Assembly (NCBI GenBank): GCA_900088475.1
Contig: FLMG01000940.1
Location: forward strand, 1 to 55,366
DNA length: 55,366 nt
Reading direction: 5' to 3'
From: Hyphochytrium catenoides
Taxonomy: Eukaryota > Protista > Hyphochytriomycota
Part shown: piece after piece, positions 21,937 through 45,187 of the stretch
Layout of the letters: every line of letters begins with the position of its first letter
Numbering within the stretch: the first letter of the stretch is position 1
Program-made: the position numbers and the translations under genes
Notes under the pieces: generated by a model
The model's input: the letters and a program-made list of their open reading frames with translations, nothing else
What the model was told of the DNA's origin: nothing
The model's database searches: none

Positions 21937-21948
21937 TTTCGCGCGAAA
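21937..21948. promoter_or_regulatory. Perfect palindrome TTTCGCGCGAAA (double E2F-like site) in the divergent USP7/LUC7 intergenic region
   Basis: 12-bp palindrome matching TTTSSCGC on both strands, near an AT-rich stretch with tatataaa around 21670. Function is inferred. Confidence 0.4.
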
Positions 21949-22195
21949 AGCTGTGAAATGCCCAACAAAATAGGAAGGGCAGGGCGGCGCAATTCCATCG
22001 GTTAGTTCCCAAAGCTTTTCTACCTCGTCAACGGAGATTCACAGATTTTGCGGATCTCTTAAATGCTAGAGCTAGGCAAACCTCAAGAGCTGGCAATAGA
22101 GGCCTATTGAAAAGTCACTTACTTCTTACTTCGGGCTACCGACAGAAGGCGGGTCCTCATTGGTGTCTTACGGTTCCGCTGTCAAGACTTGAAGG

Positions 22196-24787
22196 ATGGT
22201 TGATGTTCAAAGAGAATTGCTGGACTCTTTGATGGGAGTCAATCGGGACGGCGATCGGCCGGATGCAGAAATCACGGTTCGTTGCTGCCAAGCTCTTTCA
22301 ACTTGGTCATACTTTCTGAACATTATCGTAAAGACGGATTCAGGGTTGCTGTTGACTAATCCGATGATGTAGTGTCAAGAGTTCCTCCTGCGCTTTCACA
22401 GCGTTATCCCTCCTTTTCGTGGATCTACTTCCTGCTTTGCCGTCCTCTCTGTAGTCTCTCGCACTTTATCTAACACTCGCACTCTAGGACTTTCGTGACA
22501 AACGAGTCTGCAAACATTTCCTGTGTGGCCTTTGTCCACACGACCTCTTTGCGAGTACTACCAAGATGGATCTGGGCGAGTGTGATAAGGTCCATGACGT
22601 CGACTTAAAGGCCCTGTAAGTAAAGTCCCCGGTAATAGAAGTAGTCTATAGGTAGACCCGAAGTAGCCTATAGGTACAACCGAGGCTTAATGTAGGGGAA
22701 GGTTCGGAGGGTCTTACAAGTGGTACGAGGGGTAATGCTCGGAGTCTAAGAAGGTCGAGCAGCAATCCAGCTGACGTCTAAGCGCCGTCAGCCCTGCCGC
22801 CGTTTCGAAGGCTATAACTTGAGCCGGAATGCAATGCGTTGCGAAAGTGTAAGAGTTAGGTCTGAGAGATAGTGCACGCTCCAGGGAGTCTGAGTCCACG
22901 ATCAAAACAAAAGGATATGGGCAAGAATCAGTTGGGACGTAACTTTAGGTAGGATTCTGACGCTGCATCTTTCTTACAGATACGACGAGGAGAGGAAGAA
23001 GCGTGATTTTGGCTATGAAGTTGAGTGGGAGAGGATGCTGTCCAACTTTGTCCAGGAATGCGACAGGAAGATGCAGGTCTGAAAATGCTTGAACACTTCA
23101 CTCGCAATATCCCTAACAATTCTGCATGGTTTTGGGACTGCTCTGTGGTCGTCCGTCTAGTCTTCGTCTTAATATCTGATTTGAAAGAGGGGGGTTGGAT
23201 TCCTTTAACAGCTTTGCATCTGTAGAGGGCGCAAAAGCGTCTTGAGGAGCAGGAAGGCGGAGCTGTCCCATTAATTAACGTAGAAAACAACGCTCGCGTC
23301 CTTGAGATCACAGCAGAGATTCAGGAGACATTGAAGAAAGCGGAGGCAGCTGGCAAGTTTATACTTTAACTCGACTTTGGTCTCTTAGGGACTGCGTTCA
23401 TTGTATTCCGACCTCAATCGTGCGCTATGATCAATCTAAACGTGGCGTGCGGCGTTACTAATTGTGATTGTGCGAACAGGAGAGGAAGGGGATGTTGACC
23501 TCTCCATGGAGTTGATGGCTAAGGTGGAAGAGCTCAATGTCAAGAAGGCAGAAGCCCAGGTAGGCCCATCTCATAGATGATGCGAATAGGGACGAGCTGA
23601 CAGCGATGCACGATAACCTCACCTAGAGCTAGTTAGAGTAGCAAGTGCATGCGGGGAGGGAGATAGCTTTTCATGAGAGGGAAGGGAAAGACGGTGAATT
23701 CTATCAGTTGAATGACTCACAGCCACAATCTAACTCTATTACGATGCTGGTCATCCTGTAGGCCGCGGCTCTAGTGACAACAGAGCCTGTGGCGAAAGAG
23801 ACGAACGAGAGAAACCGTCTGGGTGCCTCTGCTAATCAGGTAAGACGAAATTTCCAGCATGCTCCCTACTCGTCGAGGTCCTACTTCGACCCTCATCTGA
23901 GCGACAGCGTTAAATGAAGGCTCTAGACATCTAGACGTCCATTTCTCCGCTTTCTGCTTTATTCAGGCGATAAGTTAGTATCTCTTGTTGCACCAACCCA
24001 CACGAAGAGCGTCATGTGTTTTAGTCTAGCTGAATTTCCTTCCTCCCTCCAAGCTTACTTATCTGTAGCCTTGCTAAAGTTAAAGCTCTGTCTCTCTCCA
24101 ATTCTCCACTCGCTGCAGAAACTCCGTGTTTGTGACGTATGCGGCGCCTTCCTTAGTATTTTCGACAGCGACCATCGCCTGGCTGAGCATTTTGGGGGGA
24201 AAATGCACCTTGGATACCTAAAGATAAGACAGTGCCTGAAGGAGCTGAGGGAAAAGAGAGAGAAAGAAAGAGAGGAGAGGAGAAAGAATGGTCTGCCAGA
24301 AGATGAAAGACGAGGAAGCGATCGGGGATTCGACCGCCGTCGGGACTTCAGGTACCTGGTTAACAGTTAACTTTTCCCTCCTCATTCTTGCTCTCTCCAT
24401 AATCTTTGTCAGTATCTCTACCTGCAACCGAGAGTAGCATTCTGTCATTAAGAGCTTGATTTATCATCCCAAAACCTTCCAGGCGGCGCTCGCGTTCGCG
24501 GTCCAGAGAGCGGTCAAGGTAAGGTCTATCGATCTGCTGCCCTCGAGACACAAGCACTTTCTAGACGCATTCTATAGCGTCTCTAGTATCGTCTTACTGT
24601 TTACTCCTGCTCCCATCTGTCTTATTTTTTACTCAGGGGACACAACCGCTACGGAAGGAGGAGCCGGGAGAGATATGACAACCGATATGGAGGAGACAGG
24701 AGGAGGAGAGGAGGTGGACGCAGCGGAAGCCGCAGTCGTGACGGAGGAAGAGACAGGAGGAGACAGAGCCGAAGTCGCAGTCGATGA
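22196..24787 (+). CDS. LUC7: LUC7-like U1 snRNP-associated splicing factor, 9 exons
   Basis: MVDVQRELLDSLMG, zinc finger 1 (VCKHFLCGLCPHDLF..TKMDLGECDKVH), zinc finger 2 (KLRVCDVCGAFLSIFDSDHRLAEHFGGKMHLGY) and a C-terminal RS domain ending RQSRSRSR* with TGA at 24785-24787. Confidence 0.95.
23353..23479 (+). other. GC-AG intron (LUC7 intron 4)
   Basis: CTG|GCAAGT...GAACAG|GAG restores the conserved KAEAAGEEGDVD. The only nearby GT gives a frameshift and stop. Confidence 0.85.
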
Positions 24788-25110
24788 TTACGTTTTGGTT
24801 ACTGATTGACCTTAATGACATTCCTCTTTCGTCTGTACTGCACCGCAGTTTGTATCTCTTTACGGTCCCTGGTTCTTTAGAGTCGTAATTGACAGTGAGA
24901 AGATTCCGTTTGAGGCAAGCATTTGCCACGTGCTGTTTCTCTTGAGGCGCGGGCGACCGGTTTACTGCCTGCAATCCTTGCAGGGTATTCTCAGCTATGG
25001 TCTGGACTCTTACGTGCAGTCTTGATCTTCCCTTCCCTTCACGCTACTTCAGCTTTGAAAAATTGTTCCGTCTACAGCTACTGCCGATCTCGCTGGCTGG
25101 CGGAGGCCTA

Positions 25111-27073
25111 CTAGTCATCCATCCTCATAATGTTGAAAAATTCCTGTTGGTCGATAGCACCATCTTGGTTCTGATCAAACTCATCAATCATGGCCTGCGA
25201 AGGATAAATCAGGACGGAGAAGGACCGACATCTGCAGAGCATGTAAAAGAAAATTATACTGCGAGAGTGGAATTCATAAAAGTTGTTATCAGTCTGTGGC
25301 TCTAAGATGGCTACGAAGGAGTCCATGTGGCAAAACCACAGATAAGCTAACCAGATACCTGGAGCTCCTCGTCCGAGATATCTTCCCCTAGTTCCTTGGC
25401 GATGCGTCTTAAGTTCTAGATTCAGAAAGCGATGAGGCGAAAGAGACGAGGTAACCAGGAGTGTGCTCCAAGGACGATGAGAGTCTTAGGGACGAAAGAG
25501 AAGGAAGATTTATAGAAGATGGATACGAACAAATAACAGAACCATGGAGGTCCACAGACATCGTTAGAAGGACGCAAAGCAGATTAGCCTCTGTCGTATC
25601 AACCCCAAGGAGCCTTCAGTCTCTGTAATAACAGACCTTGACAAAGATGCGACCATTGCCATCGCTGTCGAACAGTGAAAAGGCCTGCACAAACCGAAGG
25701 TTTAAGAGATTAGAATCAAGAGCAGGACAGCGATTGAGGATACACAGTTTGCCCAGAAAGGTTATATGTACGTAACCAGAGCTGGATATGAAAAGCAATC
25801 CCACCTCACGCAGATCATCCACGGGATCCCTAGCTAGCACTTTATCTGTCACTTAAAACGAGAAGGAGGTTAGGCTTAGTTAGCCGCAAGCAAAGGCGCA
25901 TGCGGCAAAGGTAAGAGGAAAGACACAGCAAGCCTGATGGATAGAAGGTGTTTAGCTGTAGAATGACCGCAACTTGAGAGACTGTGGACGGCTGAAGTGA
26001 TTAAGTGGGGTCTTAGGCAGTGTCAAAGGTCAAGAACAGGTGCTAGGTGGATCCCAACCCAACAAAGCGACGACTGCTGGAACTAATAGTATACACATTG
26101 CAGGGCAGAGACTATTGGACAACAGAGGGGAAGCCGTCGATGACTGAAGAGGTACTAGGCAGGAGCAGAGCTAATCTTTCTTACTAATGTCCAAGAAGTC
26201 ATCGATATTTATGGTCCCGACGCCTTCTCTGTCAACCTTGTTGACAAGCTGCAGGACCTCGTTTTTCTTCACAGGATAGCCCAACGCTTTCATCGCGACC
26301 TGCACACAAAGATAAGATAGAGAAAGGAAAGAAGAGACCAGGTGTAAGGAGGCTTGGCCTGAGCGAGAGGCAAGGAAAAGACCGAAAGAAGGCGGACACG
26401 TGAAGATAACACTGCCGGAGGTAGGATGACCAGTGAAGCAGTAGGAAAGAGAGAAACTCAGTCTCAAAGAGGAGATCGATGAACAATGGTCTTATAGACA
26501 AACAGAGGAGCGCCGCTCGAAACGACGATCCAGGCCTTTGTCTTATAAGTCAGGTTCACATTTGGTTATGGGAGAGCGCTATTAAAGCAATTAGGCTGAC
26601 CGAAGCGATCGTGACAGCGGACGATAGCAGAAGAAGTGTGGTCATGAACAGGGATGAGATGCACAGTCTTACCTTGACTTCATGGTAGCCAATTCGGCCC
26701 GTCTTCTCGAAATCAAAGAGCTCAAACGCATCTCTCAGCTCCTTCTTCTGTGCCTCGGAGAGATATTTGCGAGGAGGCTGGAGAAGATGATTTGTAAGGC
26801 CAAGAAATGTGACAGAGCAAGCGAATCAAGATGGAAGAGTGTGGAGACCAGAAAGGAGGGTAATGGCCACGCTGGTGGCAGTTCAGGAGGAAAGGCGGAG
26901 TTGAGCCCAAGAGACGCCCACACGCAGTACTTATGGAATCGACATAGTCAAGCAAACCCTTCAGCCACCCTGCGACAAACCTTTTTCCTCCCATGAATAG
27001 GCGCTCTTGGTTTCTGCACGCGGGAGATGTCGGGCTTGGCCAGCCAGAACTTCTGTGACTCGGAGTAGCTCAT
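25111..27073 (-). CDS. Centrin, centrin-3/CDC31-like EF-hand protein, 7 coding exons
   Basis: Spliced product MSYSESQK...LSEAQKKELRDAFELFDFEKTGRIGYHEVK|VAMKALGYPVKK...M|TDKVLARDP..|AFSLFDSDGNGRIFVK|NLRRIAKELGEDISDEELQ|AMIDEFDQNQDGAIDQQEFFNIM. YHE(V)KVAM and NLRR are centrin-3-type signatures. Confidence 0.9.
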
Positions 27074-27972
27074 CCGTACCTCTGTGTCTTCTTCTTCGAA
27101 AGCGTTTCCTTACTCCTGCTCCTCTCGAATACCCTTCCTCGCCTTGTGCCGTGGCCAGGTGCCTTCGGCTTGGGCCTGCTCAGTATGCACTTCGGTTCGA
27201 TATTCTAGAGATATCCTCGTAAGAAGAGAAGAAGCAGTGAGGCAGGCGGCAGTAAGCTTCGATGGCCTCGGTGTTGCTTTGCTTTGAGGCAGCAGCTTGA
27301 AGCCCGGGGCAGCCGGCGGAGGACTGTAAAAGCGAGGGAAGGCAAAAAAGGTCAGCTCATAGCTTCAAACGGTTTTCACTACATAAGAGCGCTATCTCGT
27401 TCAAGATCAGCTAATCTCGGACCATTGTACTTGCTTTAGGACAGCTACGTACAAATACTTCTTGATAAAGGTAGATATTCGTATATATGTTAGGGTATAG
27501 CTGTTATTTTAGGGAGAGGGAGGAAGTTTGGGGAGGAGAGCAGCGAGCACTTCAGACCATCATCAGCGAACCATCAGCCTCTCCTTCCTTCATCGTTCAT
27601 CATCATTCTTGCCCTCAGGCTGCAGCATCAGACTGGAAGTCCGTGGCTCTTCCGACACAAAGACATCATTCTGGACGTCAGGGTTTGGCGGCTGTGCGGC
27701 CACTCGGGGTGCTGCTTTCTCTTCTGAAGGTCTAGCTGGAAGGCTACGTTGGCTAAGGACAACTGTAGGTGCATGGCGAAGCTGATTCTGAGTCCCCTTC
27801 TCTCCTCTTTCATTGTTCCCTTCTTTTTTACTTGGTCTCTTCCAACTCCGTTATCTTCGTGCTGTATCTCTATCTGCAGGTCATGGACTACGTTGAAAGC
27901 GCCCATTCCTCTTCTTCCTCTCGTTTTCTATCTCTGATTTTCTGTCCACATCTTGTTAGGCTTCTCACAGGG

Positions 27973-39280
<11,308 letters not shown>

Positions 39281-39882
39281 TCTCAACGCTGAATATTTCA
39301 AGACCAATTGTTTTGAACCTTGGATCTTCTGTTCACGACGCAAGGGGCAAGATCCGCCACTAAAGCTGCCCAGAAGCTCACGCTTAGGACAGGTCCTTTC
39401 AGGACGAAGTTGGAGCCATCAAGAATCTAATCTGCTGGCTTGGGAAGACCGCCCTACCATCTTGCATTGGATGGACTTCAAGCCTCTCTCTCCGCTAAAA
39501 TTTTGGATTGCCCATGGCTAGTGAGTTAACTTCATAGCACAATGCGTTTAACGTCCCAGATGGAAGATTGCTATTCACACGAAGACGCAAGTAGGGTAAA
39601 AATATAGTTAACTTAAGGTATATATCTCAGGCCAATACGTCCACCTATAATGATTCTCCAGTCTCCTCTACATCTTTGCCATTTTCATCCGTTCGCCCTT
39701 CGGTCGTTCCCTTTTGCAACTCCTCCTCACTGCTCGCCTCCCAACAAAAGGCCGCCTTTCACAGTCAGCCTCATCTCTCTGATACTAACAAATCGTTCAC
39801 ACCGCGCCTAGTCTTCTAACAGCTCTGTTTTGAGTACGTTCAACGCTTCACGCCTTGATTGTTTTGGTCAATGATGGCCAAG

Positions 39883-41341
<1,459 letters not shown>

Positions 41342-41659
41342 TCACCTCAGAACCAGCCAAAATCTCTGTGAAGACTCCGTCTGAGTCTTTCTGAAGCTGG
41401 AGAAGAGCACTGCGCTCTTGGGCCGAAGTTGGAAGGTGACAGACAGCAGGAGAGACGCTGTGGAAGGTGTTGGATCCAGAGCCGCTCGCTTTGAAATCAA
41501 GGGAGAGAGGGGTCAGAAGCATTCTGATAGCTCGTCATCTCTATCGCGCTCTGTCTCTCTCCACTCTTCCCGGTCTGTGCGTCTCTATCTCTTCTCTCTT
41601 CTCCTCATAACCTAATCATTATGCCTCTCTGTCTGCCTGCCTGCAGGGTCATTTGGGCT

Positions 41660-41920
41660 GCTTCTTCTCTCTCTCATTCCTTCCTCTCTCTCCAGTGTTC
41701 CCTCTTTCAAACCTACGACTTTGTCACCTTCCTCTCCTCTGTCTTTCTCGCTTTCTCTCTCTTTCTCTCTCTTCCTCTTCCTCTCTCTCTCTCTTCCTTT
41801 CTTCCTCTCTCTCTCTCTCTCCTATCTCCTGATCTTCCTCTCTCTTCCTCTCTCTCATCTCTCTCTGTCTCTCTCTCTCTCTTTCTCTCTCTCTGTCTCT
41901 CTCTCTCTCTGTCTCTCCTC
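41660..41920. repeat. (CT)n-rich tract upstream of beta-tubulin
   Basis: Nearly pure pyrimidine on the + strand. Confidence 0.9.
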
Positions 41921-43198
41921 ACCATCTTCCTTGATCTTTGTCACACAGCACGTCTCACACACCCTCCCCCACCCAACCCCAACCGTCAGATTCTCAACCT
42001 CAATGACCCGGGTAAGGCTCGAATAAAATACCCGAATAGGATGTCTAAGCACAGCATAAACACACTCAATGGAGTTCCACTTCAACTCGACTCAAGCCAA
42101 ACCCGAGTCCCCTGTTCAGAAGGGGAGCCAATGGAAATTTTGACTTTTCAAAAAGTGACATCAAAGCCGTGAGGGGCTTCGTACAGTAGAAGGTATTCTT
42201 TTTGCCAAGTGATATTCCAAACGACCCTCCATACCAATCAGTCTATTGATACAATTGTACTCGGGGCATCTGGAATAAGAAGCCTACTTATCTGGAACGT
42301 GGCGGAAGGCGCTACAGGTCCTGGCACGAACGGCACTCAAGATGTGGCTGTCACCTGTCATGAAGAGAACAGCGAAATCTCTGTTTGCCATAGACTGTCG
42401 GAGACTGTCAGCAAGGAGTCCTAGCTTCGCATCTTGGCAAACGATGAGGAAGCTAGACTCCCAGGGAATTTCTTGAAAGATTACGAAGGCTACGAGGTGG
42501 GCTGCGGGTAGCTTAGTTTGGTACTGCAGCAGCCTTGCTGTCTCAAGGATCCTTGACTTGCTCTCTGAGCCATGAGGAGCGATGAAAACCCAGCTGTCTC
42601 AGAGGAGATTTGCTGGTAGGATATAATTTGTGCTTTCGCTGGCTATGTCATCACTCAGCGCGTTCCCTGTACTTGAACCTTAATTCTGCTTCTCAGAGAC
42701 ATGTCTGAGTGCTCGGGGGTTCGGGTCGTCACGTGTGCTTCCCTAGGTCCTCACCTCTCTTCGAATTGCCTTTGTGCCTTGTGCTTCATGCTTAACCTCT
42801 CCGGCTACATCCTCCTCCTCTGTGCTGTCTGGCTATCACCTATTTCACGATCATCTAAGCCTTTAGGTAAAGAGAATTGTCACCTCTAGCTCTTGACTTG
42901 TTGAATCCTAAAGTTCGAGGTATGCTAGCCCTATTATTACAATGTGCAACAAGTCTGACGATGATAAAAGCTATTCATTGAAACCTTAACATAACAACGG
43001 TGCGGTGGGCTGGTGCACGGGCAGGAGCTATAACAAGCAGATAGAGCTCGCTGCGTCCACTAATAGCCCTGATAAACGTAAAGAATGAGCGAGCGAAGAA
43101 GAAATGTTGGGAGAGCTAGGTCTTAGAGATGGATGGCCTTCTTCTACGAATTGCCTAACAGAGACAAAAGGAAAAGAGAGGCTCCCTCCTAAACAGAC

Positions 43199-45187
43199 TT
43201 AGCGCAGCCTCTTCTGCGGAGCGGTTGTTGGATTCTTGGCCTTCTTCTTGGCAGCTTTAGTCGTAGGGACCGCTGTGGCAGGCTTTGCCGTACCTGCCGG
43301 CGCAGTGGTCATGGCAGCGGCTGACGTGGGATTCTTTGCTACCGTTGGGGCCACAGCAGAGGTTGGAGTGGCTGCCGTCATCATGGCTCCAGCGTTGTTC
43401 ATGTTGTTGGTGATGCCATTCATCATGTTCTGGATGGTGTTCATGTTCCCGTTGATGGCCGTCATAGCGTTCATGTTATTAACAGTGTTCATCATATTGT
43501 TGATGACGTTCATATTGGTGTTGATCGCATTCATGTTGGCGTTGATGGCATTCATATTGTTCATATTGACGGCGTTGATGTTCCCGTTATTATTGGCTCC
43601 TTGAGCGAGAAGGGCGAGCTGATTGCTGACAAAGTTGAGGCACTGTGGGACTGTTAGTAGCTGGTTCGCTGCCACTTGCCCATTGACGAGAACGGCTTGC
43701 TGTTGCCCGTTGACGGGTACAGGCTGCCCATTGGCTGCTAGCACGGCACCATTCTGTTGAACGACAGGAACGTTGCCATTGTTAGCACCAGCGGCGCCAA
43801 CCATATTGTTAACGGCAACAATTGCACCGTTCTGTTGTTGTTGTTGAAGAACCTGGCCATTAGCAGCTGGTATATTGCCATTCACCGCCCCAGCTCCGCC
43901 TACCATGTTGTTGACTGGGACGTTGCCGTTGATACCTGCTGCCGCTTTGTTGCTATTCACTGGTAACTGCTGCTGCTGCTGTCCTCCAGCCACTTGGCCA
44001 TTCGCGCCGCCTACTGCGGCCCCATTGTTCATCACTGGTACTTGGCCGTTCACTCCGCCTACCACGGCACCGTTGTTGTTCAATGGAACTTGACCGTTGA
44101 CTCCTCCGACGACCGCGCCATTGTTAGCTGCCGGGATGTTTGCGGGGTTACCGTTATTTCCCATGCTATTCGCCGGCGCCTGTCCATTTACTCCTCCTAC
44201 AGCCCCGCCATTGTTCCCGTTAACGCCGCCTCCCATCCCGTTAGCTGCCAGAACATTCAGGGCATCGTTCAAGTTTAATAGGCCCTGAGAGGTAACCTGG
44301 CCTGTTTGCACGTTCCAGTCCGTAGTGTGGAACCCAAAGCCCGTATCGGTCACGGCCAGGCCCAGGAAACGAATGTTGCCTTGAATGTTGGCCGGTGCCT
44401 GCCATTGAAGGCCGACATACACACTCTGAGTGCCAAAGACCTGTCCCAGCGCGGTCTGAAGCTGAGCTAGCTGCGGATCTGCCACCTGGACATCGCCGTC
44501 CTTGAAGAGCAAGGTCGAGTGGATTGCTGCGACGTTTGCATTAGGAGGAAGCCCCAAAGGTTGGGCACATGCCTGGAAGTTGGCCATGCGGGGTGCCGTT
44601 TGGCCATTCTGATCCGTTGCCAGGCCAAAGTCGGTGAAGGTGCCAACAGCTTGGCCTGTTGCCGTGTCAATAGCGAAAAGGAAGGCTCCATCAAGAGGTG
44701 TACCTGTCCCTTGTTGAGGGGGATTCTGCTGTGCGTTTTTGATGGGCTGCGCAGCGTTAGACACAAGGGAGAGCGTGTAAGTTTGTCCTGGCTGGAAAGG
44801 GATGGCGTTGTTCAGCAGGTTGTTAGGATTGAGCTGGCCCTTTGCTGGGGCGATGGTGACTCCGATGACCTGGTTGTTGGCGTTAATGTCCATATCATTG
44901 TTGTGGAATGTGGCTAGAGATCTAGCAATGGCCATTGGATTCTGTCCTTTCCCCTGGGCATTAGTGTATGGGTTCTGAGCTCCGTTGCTCTGAATTGTAG
45001 GGGCAATAGCGTCAGAGTTAGCGATAATATCCGCCGAGACTTTGCCCACAGAGAAAATTAACTGGCCAGCCTGAGGATCAAGGGAGCAGAGGACACCTGG
45101 CATCCACAAGGCGCCACTGGTAAACGCGTACGCCTTCTGTGAGACAGAGAATAAGATAGCGGTCAACAAGGACGAAGAGAGCTTCAT
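43199..45187 (-). CDS. Intronless predicted secreted protein, 662 aa: signal peptide, Reeler-like domain, Asn/Gln/Gly-rich repeats, Asn/Met heptads, Thr/Ala/Pro/Lys tail
   Basis: Uninterrupted 2-kb ORF. MKLSSSLLTAILFSVSQKAYA|F looks like a signal peptide. FQPGQTYTLSL..LDGAFLFAID..GQAVGTF..FQAC..AIHS..LQWQAPANIQGNIRFLGLAV follows the Reeler pattern, judged by eye. The internal repeats differ mainly at synonymous sites. Confidence 0.88.
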   Translation of the reverse strand: MKLSSSLLTAILFSVSQKAYAFTSGALWMPGVLCSLDPQAGQLIFSVGKVSADIIANSDAIAPTIQSNGAQNPYTNAQGKGQNPMAIARSLATFHNNDMDINANNQVIGVTIAPAKGQLNPNNLLNNAIPFQPGQTYTLSLVSNAAQPIKNAQQNPPQQGTGTPLDGAFLFAIDTATGQAVGTFTDFGLATDQNGQTAPRMANFQACAQPLGLPPNANVAAIHSTLLFKDGDVQVADPQLAQLQTALGQVFGTQSVYVGLQWQAPANIQGNIRFLGLAVTDTGFGFHTTDWNVQTGQVTSQGLLNLNDALNVLAANGMGGGVNGNNGGAVGGVNGQAPANSMGNNGNPANIPAANNGAVVGGVNGQVPLNNNGAVVGGVNGQVPVMNNGAAVGGANGQVAGGQQQQQLPVNSNKAAAGINGNVPVNNMVGGAGAVNGNIPAANGQVLQQQQQNGAIVAVNNMVGAAGANNGNVPVVQQNGAVLAANGQPVPVNGQQQAVLVNGQVAANQLLTVPQCLNFVSNQLALLAQGANNNGNINAVNMNNMNAINANMNAINTNMNVINNMMNTVNNMNAMTAINGNMNTIQNMMNGITNNMNNAGAMMTAATPTSAVAPTVAKNPTSAAAMTTAPAGTAKPATAVPTTKAAKKKAKNPTTAPQKRLR

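Noticed and set aside
42180-43100. Short ORFs and a weak C/D-box-like arrangement (atgataa...ctga near 42961-43072)
   Set aside because: No recognisable protein motifs, an imperfect C box, and no identifiable guide or terminal stem.
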